From the NCBI GenBank assembly GCA_964016885.1, contig OZ024741.1, positions 410,688,001-410,752,000 on the forward strand: a DNA stretch of 64,000 bases, read 5' to 3'. A program made the position numbers and the translations under genes. The first letter of the stretch is position 1, and each line of letters opens with the position of its first letter. The DNA comes from Eledone cirrhosa (taxonomy: Eukaryota). Below, one piece after another: positions 53,301 to 64,000 of this stretch. Under the pieces are notes generated by a model that saw only the letters and a program-made list of their open reading frames with translations, made no database searches and was not told where the DNA came from.

Positions 53301-56300
53301 ACACCACAGGGATACAGTGTACCTATTGAAAACAAGATATACACAGGGATACAGTGTACCTATTGTAAACCAGATATACACAGGGATACAGTGTACCTAT
53401 TATAAACCAGATATACACTGGGATACAGTGTACCTATTGTAAACCTGATATACACAGGGATACAGTGTACCTATTGTAAACTAGATATACACTGGGATAC
53501 AGTGTACCTATTGTAAACCAGATATACCCAGGGATACAGTGTACCTATTGTAAACCTTACATACACAGGGATACAATGAACCTATTGTAAACCAGATACA
53601 CACTGGGATACAGTGTACCTATTGTAAAACAGATATACAAAGGGATAGTGTACCTATTATAAACTAGATATGGACTGGGATACAGTGTACCTATTGTTAA
53701 CCAGATACACAGGGATACAGTGTACCTATTGTAAACCTGATATACACTGGGATACAGTGTACCTGCTCTAAATCAGGTACACAGGGATACAGTGTACCTA
53801 TTGTAAACCAGATACACACAGGGATACAGTGTACCTATTGTAAACCTTACATACACAGGGATACAGTGTACCTATTGTAAACCTGATATACCACAGGGAT
53901 ACAGTGTACCTATTGTAAACCTTACATACACAGGGATACAGTGTACCTATTGTAAACCAGCTATACACAGGGATACAGTGTACCTATTGTAAACCAGATA
54001 CACAGGGATACAGTGTACCTATTGTAAACCAGATATACACAGGGATACAGTGTACCTATTGTAAACCAGATATACACTGAGATACAGTGTACCTATTGTA
54101 AACCTGATATACACAGTGATACAGTGTACCTATTGTAAACCAGATACACAGGGATACAGTGTACCTATTGTAAACCAGATATACACAGGGATACAGTGTA
54201 CCTATTGTAAACCAGATATACACTGGGATACAGTGTACCTATTGTAAACCAGATACACACAGGGATACAGTGTACCTATTGTAAACCTGATATACACTGG
54301 GATACAGTGTACCTCTTGTAAACCAGATATACACAGGGATACAGTGTACCTATTGTAAACCTGATATACACAGGGATACAGTGTACCTATTGTAAACCAG
54401 ATACGCAGGGATACAGTGTACCTATTGTAAACCAGATATACCCAGGGATACAGTGTACCTATTGTAAACCAGATATACACAGGGATACAGTGTACCTATT
54501 GTAAACCAGATATACACAGGGATACAGTGTACCTATTGTAAACCAGATATACCCAGGGATACAGTGTACCTATTATAAACCAGATATACACAGGGATACA
54601 GTGTACCTATTATAAACCAGATATACAAAGGGATAGTGTACCTATTATAAACTAGATATAGACTGGGATACAGTGTACCTATTGTAAACCAGATACACAG
54701 GGATACAGTGTACCTATTGTAAACCTGATATACACTGGGATACAGTGTACCTACTCTAAACCAGATATACACAGGGATACAGTGTACCTATTGTAAACTA
54801 GATATACACTGGGATACAGTGTACCTATTGTAAACCAGATATACACTGGGATACAGTGTACCTATTGTAAACCAGATACACAGGGATACAGTGTACCTAT
54901 TGTAAACCAGATATACACAGGGATACAGTGTACCTATTGTAAACTAGATATACACTGGGATACAGTGTACCTATTGTAAACCAGATATACACAGGGATAC
55001 AGTGTACCTATTATAAACCAGATATACACAGGGATACAGTGTACCTATTGTAAACCAGATATACACAGGGATACAGTGTACCTATTATAAACCAGATATA
55101 CACTGGGATACAGTGTACCTATTGTAAACCTGATATACACAGGGATACAGTGTACCTATTGTAAACTAGATATACACTGGGATACAGTGTACTTATTGTA
55201 AACCAGATACACCACAGGGATACAGTGTACCTATTGAAAACAAGATATACACAGGGATACAGTGTACCTATTGTAAACCAGATATACACAGGGATACAGT
55301 GTACCTATTATAAACCAGATATACACTGGGATACAGTGTACCTATTGTAAACCTGATATACACAGGGATACAGTGTACCTATTGTAAACTAGATATACAC
55401 TGGGATACAGTGTACTTATTGTAAACCAGATACACCACAGGGATACAGTGTACCTATTGAAAACCAGATATACACAGGGATACAGTGTACCTATTGTAAA
55501 CCAGATATACACAGGGATACAGTGTACCTATTGTAAACCAGATATACACAGGGATACAGTGTACCTATTGTAAACTAGATATACACTGGGATACAGTGTA
55601 CCTATTGTAAACCAGATATACACTGGGATACAGTGTACCTATTGTAAACCAGATACACAGGGATACAGTGTACCTATTGTAAACCAGATATACCCAGGGA
55701 TAGTGTACCTATTATAAACCAGATATACACAGGGATACAGTGTACCTATCGTAAACCAGATACACAGGGATATGGTGTACCTAGTGTAAACCAGATATAC
55801 ACAGGGATATAGTGTACCTATTGTAAACCAGATATATACAGGGATACAGTGTACCTATTGTAAACCAGATATACACAGGGATACAGTGTACCTAATGTAA
55901 ACCTGATATACAGGGATACAGTGTACCTATTGTAAACCAGACATACACAGGGATACAGTGTACCTATTGTAAACCAGATATACCACAGGGATACAGTGTA
56001 CCTATTGTAAACCTTACATACACAGGGATACAGTGTACCTATTGTAAACCAGCTATACACAGGGATACAGTGTACCTATTGTAAACCAGATATACACAGG
56101 GATACAGTGTACTTATTGTAAACCTGATATACACAGGGATACAGTGTACCTATTGTAAACCAGATATACACAGGGATACAGTGTACCTATTGAAAACCAG
56201 ATATACACAGGGATACAGTGTACCTATTGTAAACCAGATATACACAGGGATACAGTGTACCTATTGTAAACCAGATATACACAGGGATACAGTGTACCTA

Positions 56301-59300
56301 TTGTAAACTAGATATACACTGGGATACAGTGTACCTATTGTAAACCAGATATACACAGGGATACAGTGTACCTATTATAAACCAGATATACACAGGGATA
56401 GAGTGTACCTATTGTAAACCAGATATACACAGGGATAGAGTGTACCTATTATAAACCAGATATACACTGGGATACAGTGTACCTATTGTAAACCTGATAT
56501 ACACAGGGATACAGTGTACCTATTGTAAACTAGATATACACTGGGATACAGTGTACTTATTGTAAACCAGATACACCACAGGGATACAGTGTACCTATTG
56601 AAAACAAGATATACACAGGGATACAGTGTACCTATTGTAAACCAGATATACACAGGGATACAGTGTACCTATTATAAACCAGATATACACTGGGATACAG
56701 TGTACCTATTGTAAACCTGATATACACAGGGATACAGTGTACCTATTGTAAACTAGATATACACTGGGATACAGTGTACCTATTGTAAACCAGATATACC
56801 CAGGGATACAGTGTACCTATTGTAAACCTTACATACACAGGGATACAGTGAACCTATTGTAAACCAGATACACACTGGGATACAGTGTACCTATTGTAAA
56901 ACAGATATACAAAGGGATAGTGTACCTATTATAAACTAGATATGGACTGGGATACAGTGTACCTATTGTTAACCAGATACACAGGGATACAGTGTACCTA
57001 TTGTAAACCTGATATACACTGGGATACAGTGTACCTGCTCTAAATCAGGTACACAGGGATACAGTGTACCTATTGTAAACCAGATACACACAGGGATACA
57101 GTGTACCTATTGTAAACCTTACATACACAGGGATACAGTGTACCTATTGTAAACCTGATATACCACAGGGATACAGTGTACCTATTGTAAACCTTACATA
57201 CACAGGGATACAGTGTACCTATTGTAAACCAGCTATACACAGGGATACAGTGTACCTATTGTAAACCAGATACACAGGGATACAGTGTACCTATTGTAAA
57301 CCAGATATACACAGGGATACAGTGTACCTATTGTAAACCAGATATACACTGAGATACAGTGTACCTATTGTAAACCTGATATACACAGTGATACAGTGTA
57401 CCTATTGTAAACCAGATACACAGGGATACAGTGTACCTATTGTAAACCAGATATACACAGGGATACAGTGTACCTATTGTAAACCAGATATACACTGGGA
57501 TACAGTGTACCTATTGTAAACCAGATACACACAGGGATACAGTGTACCTATTGTAAACCTGATATACACTGGGATACAGTGTACCTCTTGTAAACCAGAT
57601 ATACACAGGGATACAGTGTACCTATTGTAAACCTGATATACACAGGGATACAGTGTACCTATTGTAAACCAGATACGCAGGGATACAGTGTACCTATTGT
57701 AAACCAGATATACCCAGGGATACAGTGTACCTATTGTAAACCAGATATACACAGGGATACAGTGTACCTATTGTAAACCAGATATACACAGGGATACAGT
57801 GTACCTATTGTAAACCAGATATACCCAGGGATACAGTGTACCTATTATAAACCAGATATACACAGGGATACAGTGTACCTATTATAAACCAGATATACAA
57901 AGGGATAGTGTACCTATTATAAACTAGATATAGACTGGGATACAGTGTACCTATTGTAAACCAGATACACAGGGATACAGTGTACCTATTGTAAACCTGA
58001 TATACACTGGGATACAGTGTACCTACTCTAAACCAGATATACACAGGGATACAGTGTACCTATTGTAAACTAGATATACACTGGGATACAGTGTACCTAT
58101 TGTAAACCAGATATACACTGGGATACAGTGTACCTATTGTAAACCAGATACACAGGGATACAGTGTACCTATTGTAAACCAGATATACCCAGGGATAGTG
58201 TACCTATTATAAACCAGATATACACAGGGATACAGTGTACCTATCGTAAACCAGATACACAGGGATATGGTGTACCTAGTGTAAACCAGATATACACAGG
58301 GATATAGTGTACCTATTGTAAACCAGATATATACAGGGATACAGTGTACCTATTGTAAACCAGATATACACAGGGATACAGTGTACCTAATGTAAACCTG
58401 ATATACAGGGATACAGTGTACCTATTGTAAACCAGATATATACAGGGATACAGTGTACCTATTGTAAACCAGATACACACAGGGATAGTGTACCTATTGT
58501 AAACTAGATACACAGGGATACAGTGTACCTATTGTAAACCAGATATACACTGGGATACAGTGTACCTATTGTAAACCAGATATACCCAGGGATACAGTGA
58601 ACCTATTGTAAACCAGATACACACTGGGATACAGTGTACCTATTGTAAAACAGATATACAAAGGGATAGTGTACCTATTATAAACTAGATATAGACTGGG
58701 ATACAGTGTACCTATTGTTAACCAGATACACAGGGATAGAGTGTACCTATTGTAAACCTGATATACACTGGGATACAGTGTACCTGCTCTAAATCAGGTA
58801 TACAGGGATACAGTGTACCTATTGTAAACCAGATACACACAGTGATACAGTGTACCTATTCTAAACCTTACATACACAGGGATACAGTGTACCTATTGTA
58901 AACCTGATATACCACAGGGATACAGTGTACCTATTGTAAACCTTACATACACAGGGATACAGTGTACCTATTGTAAACCAGCTATACACAGGGATACAGT
59001 GTACCTATTGTAAACCAGATACACAGGGTTACAGTGTACCTATTGTAAACCAGATAAACACAGGGATGCAGTGTACCTATTGTAAACCAGATATACACAG
59101 GGATACAGTGTACCTATTGTAAACCAGATATACACAGGGATACAGTGTACTTATTGTAAACCTGATATACACAGGGATACAGTGTACCTATTGTAAACCA
59201 GATATAAACAGGGATACAGTGTACCTATTGAAAACAAGATATACACAGGGATACAGTGTACCTATTGTAAACCAGATATACACAGGGATACAGTGTACCT

Positions 59301-62300
59301 ATTGTAAACCAGATATACACAGGGATACAGTGTACCTATTGTAAACTAGATATACACTGGGATACAGTGTACCTATTGTAAACCAAATATACACAGGGAT
59401 ACAGTGTACCTATTATAAACCAGATATACACAGGGATACAGTGTACCTATTGTAAACCAGATATACACAGGGATACAGTGTACCTATTATAAACCAGATA
59501 TACACTGGGATACAGTGTACCTATTGTAAACCTGATATACAGGGATACAGTGTACCTATTGTAAACCAGATATATACAGGGATACAGTGTACCTATTGTA
59601 AACCAGATACACACAGGGATAGTGTACTTATTGTAAACTAGATACACAGGGAAACAGTGTACCTATTATTAACCAGATATACACTGGGATACAGTGTACC
59701 TATTGTAAACCAGATATACACAGGGATAGTGTACCTAGTGTAAACCAGATATACACAGGGATACAGTGTACCTATTGTAAACCAGATATACACTGGGATA
59801 CAGTGTACCTATTGTAAACCAGATATACCCAGGGATACAGTGTACCTATTGTAAACGAGATATACACTGAGATACAGTGTACCTATTGTAAACCTGATAT
59901 ACACAGTGATACAGTGTACCTATTGTAAACCAGATACACAGGGATACAGTGTACCTATTGTAAACCAGATATACACAGGGATACAGTGTACCTATTGTAA
60001 ACCAGATATACACTGGGATACAGTGTACCTATTGTAAACCAGATACACACAGGGATACAGTGTACCTATTGTAAACCTGATATACACTGGGATACAGTGT
60101 ACCTCTTGTAAACCAGATATACACAGGGATACAGTGTACCTATTGTAAACCTGATATACACAGGGATACAGTGTACCTATTGTAAACCAGATACGCAGGG
60201 ATACAGTGTACCTATTGTAAACCAGATATACCCAGGGATACAGTGTACCTATTGTAAACCAGATATACACAGGGATACAGTGTACCTATTGTAAACCAGA
60301 TATACACAGGGATACAGTGTACCTATTGTAAACCAGATATACCCAGGGATACAGTGTACCTATTATAAACCAGATATACACAGGGATACAGTGTACCTAT
60401 TATAAACCAGATATACAAAGGGATAGTGTACCTATTATAAACTAGATATAGACTGGGATACAGTGTACCTATTGTAAACCAGATACACAGGGATACAGTG
60501 TACCTATTGTAAACCTGATATACACTGGGATACAGTGTACCTACTCTAAACCAGATATACACAGGGATACAGTGTACCTATTGTAAACTAGATATACACT
60601 GGGATACAGTGTACCTATTGTAAACCAGATATACACTGGGATACAGTGTACCTATTGTAAACCAGATACACAGGGATACAGTGTACCTATTGTAAACCAG
60701 ATATACCCAGGGATAGTGCACCTATTATAAACCAGATATACACAGGGATACAGTGTACCTATCGTAAACCAGATACACAGGGATATGGTGTACCTAGTGT
60801 AAACCAGATATACACAGGGATATAGTGTACCTATTGTAAACCAGATATATACAGGGATACAGTGTACCTATTGTAAACCAGATATACACAGGGATACAGT
60901 GTACCTAATGTAAACCTGATATACAGGGATACAGTGTACCTATTGTAAACCAGATATATACAGGGATACAGTGTACCTATTGTAAACCAGATACACACAG
61001 GGATAGTGTACCTATTGTAAACTAGATACACAGGGATACAGTGTACCTATTGTAAACCAGATATACACTGGGATACAGTGTACCTATTGTAAACCAGATA
61101 TACCCAGGGATACAGTGAACCTATTGTAAACCAGATACACACTGGGATACAGTGTACCTATTGTAAAACAGATATACAAAGGGATAGTGTACCTATTATA
61201 AACTAGATATAGACTGGGATACAGTGTACCTATTGTTAACCAGATACACAGGGATAGAGTGTACCTATTGTAAACCTGATATACACTGGGATACAGTGTA
61301 CCTGCTCTAAATCAGGTACACAGGGATACAGTGTACCTATTGTAAACCAGATACACACAGTGATACAGTGTACCTATTCTAAACCTTACATACACAGGGA
61401 TACAGTGTACCTATTGTAAACCTGATATACCACAGGGATACAGTGTACCTATTGTAAACCTTACATACACAGGGATACAGTGTACCTATTGTAAACCAGC
61501 TATACACAGGGATACAGTGTACCTATTGTAAACCAGATACACAGGGTTACAGTGTACCTATTGTAAACCAGATAAACACAGGGATGCAGTGTACCTATTG
61601 TAAACCAGATACACACAGGGATACAGTGTACCTATTGTAAACCAGATATACACAGGGATACAGTGTACTTATTGTAAACCTGATATACACAGGGATACAG
61701 TGTACCTATTGTAAACCAGATATAAACAGGGATACATTGTACCTATTGAAAACAAGATATACACAGGGATACAGTGTACCTATTGTAAACCAGATATACA
61801 CAGGGATACAGTGTACCTATTGTAAACCAGATATACACAGGGATACAGTGTACCTATTGTAAACTAGATATACACTGGGATACAGTGTACCTATTGTAAA
61901 CCAAATATACACAGGGATACAGTGTACCTATTATAAACCAGATATACACAGGGATACAGTGTACCTATTGTAAACCAGATATACACAGGGATACAGTGTA
62001 CCTATTATAAACCAGATATACACTGGGATACAGTGTACCTATTGTAAACCTGATATACAGGGATACAGTGTACCTATTGTAAACCAGATATATACAGGGA
62101 TACAGTGTACCTATTGTAAACCAGATACACACAGGGATAGTGTACTTATTGTAAACTAGATACACAGGGATACAGTGTACCTATTATTAACCAGATATAC
62201 ACTGGGATACAGTGTACCTATTGTAAACCAGATACACAGGGTTACAGTGTACCTATTGTAAACCAGATAAACACAGGGATGCAGTGTACCTATTGTAAAC

Positions 62301-64000
62301 CAGATATACACAGGGATACAGTGTACCTATTGTAAACCAGATATACACAGGGATACAGTGTACTTATTGTAAACCTGATATACACAGGGATACAGTGTAC
62401 CTATTGTAAACCAGATATAAACAGGGATACATTGTACCTATTGAAAACAAGATATACACAGGGATACAGTGTACCTATTGTAAACCAGATATACACAGGG
62501 ATACAGTGTACCTATTGTAAACCAGATATACACAGGGATAGTGTACCTAGTGTAAACCAGATATACACAGGGATACAGTGTACCTATTGTAAACCAGATA
62601 CACGACAGGGATACAGTGTACCTGTTGTAAACCAGATATACACAGGGATACAGTGTACCTATTGTAAACCAGATATACACAGGGATACAGTGTACCTATT
62701 GTAAACCAGATATACCCAGGGATACAGTGTACCTATTGTAAACCTTACATACACAGGGATACAGTGAACCTATTGTAAACCAGATACACACTGGGATACA
62801 GTGTACCTATTGTAAAACAGATATACAAAGGGATAGTGTACCTATTATAAACTAGATATAGACTGGGATACAGTGTACCTATTGTAAACCAGATACACAG
62901 GGATACAGTGTACCTATTGTAAACCTGATATACACTGGGATACAGTGTACCTACTCTAAACCAGGTACACAGGGATACAGTGTACCTATTGTAAACCAGA
63001 TACACACAGGGATACAGTGTACCTATTGTAAACCAGATATACACAGGGATACAGTGTACCTATTGTAAACCTGATATACACTGGGATACAGTGTACCTGC
63101 TCTAAATCAGGTACACAGGGATACAGTGTACCTATTGTAAACCAGATATACCCAGGGATACAGTGTACCTATTGTAAACCAGATATACACAGGGATACAG
63201 TGTACCTATTGTAAACCAGATATACACAGGGATACAGTGTACCTATTGTAAACCAGATATACCCAGGGATACAGTGTACCTATTATAAACCAGATATACA
63301 CAGGGATACAGTGTACCTATTATAAACCAGATATACAAAGGGATAGTGTACCTATTATAAACTAGATATAGACTGGGATACAGTGTACCTATTGTAAACC
63401 AGATACACAGGGATACAGTGTACCTATTGTAAACCTGATATACACTGGGATACAGTGTACCTACTCTAAACCAGGTACACAGGGATACAGTGTACCTATT
63501 GTAAACCAGATACACACAGGGATACAGTGTACCTATTGTAAACCAGATATACACAGGGATACAGTGTACCTATTGTAGACCTGATATACCACAGGGATAC
63601 AGTGTACCTATTGTAAACCTTACATACACAGGGATACAGTGTACCTATTGTAAACCAGCTATACACAGGGATACAGTGTACCTATTGTAAACCAGATACA
63701 CACAGGGATGCAGTGTACCTATTGTAAACCAGATATACACAGGGATGCAGTGTACCTATTGTAAACCAGATATACACAGGGATACAGTGTACCTATTGTA
63801 AACCAGATACACACAGGGATGCAGTGTACCTATTGTAAACCAGATACACACAGGGATACAGTGTACCTATTGTAAACCAGATATACACAGGGATACAGTG
63901 TACCTATTGTAAACCAGATACACACAGGGATGCAGTGTACCTATTGTAAACCAGATACACACAGGGATACAGTGTACCTATTGTAAACCAGATATACACA
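47343..64000. repeat. Satellite B: tandem array of a 37-bp monomer CACAGGGATACAGTGTACCTATTGTAAACCAGATATA with 35- and 38-bp variants; runs off the right edge
   Basis: Continuous head-to-tail monomers with a 37-bp period (e.g. 47351 to 47388) and recurrent variants CACTGGG, TATTATAA, AACTAGAT, AACCTGAT and CCTTACAT. Confidence 0.99.

Noticed and set aside
47879-63554. ORFs of the MYIWFTIGTLYP and MYLLKTRY types
   Set aside because: They are translations of satellite B that recur with the HOR period; I used them only as period markers.
47343-64000. Forkhead-binding-site array (GTAAAC in each monomer)
   Set aside because: The consensus is GTAAACC rather than the canonical GTAAACA, and a 6-mer match alone is not evidence.

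Overview
Eukaryotic (animal) genomic DNA, about 91% tandem satellite. Satellite A (28/30-bp monomer, roughly 1,450 copies) fills 1-41820 and satellite B (37-bp monomer, roughly 450 copies) fills 47343-64000; both show kb-scale higher-order duplications. Between them is a 5.5-kb island. It holds a decayed, near full-length RTE-clade LINE on the minus strand (APE endonuclease + RT + C4HC3 PHD-like finger, (GAT)n tail), a mariner-like non-autonomous element whose interior is a 12 x 40-bp minisatellite, and several fragments related to the RTE 3' end. It also holds one 92-nt spliceosomal exon (46111-46202, minus), missed by the ORF track, encoding the HAD motif IV region of an LHPP-like phosphatase. 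No neighbouring exon is recognisable, so both satellites probably lie in giant introns of this gene, or the exon is an orphan copy. The repeat ends resemble octopus/cephalopod repeats as I recall them; this is unverified. No CRISPR array, RNA gene or prokaryotic feature is supported, and the satellite ORFs are artefacts.
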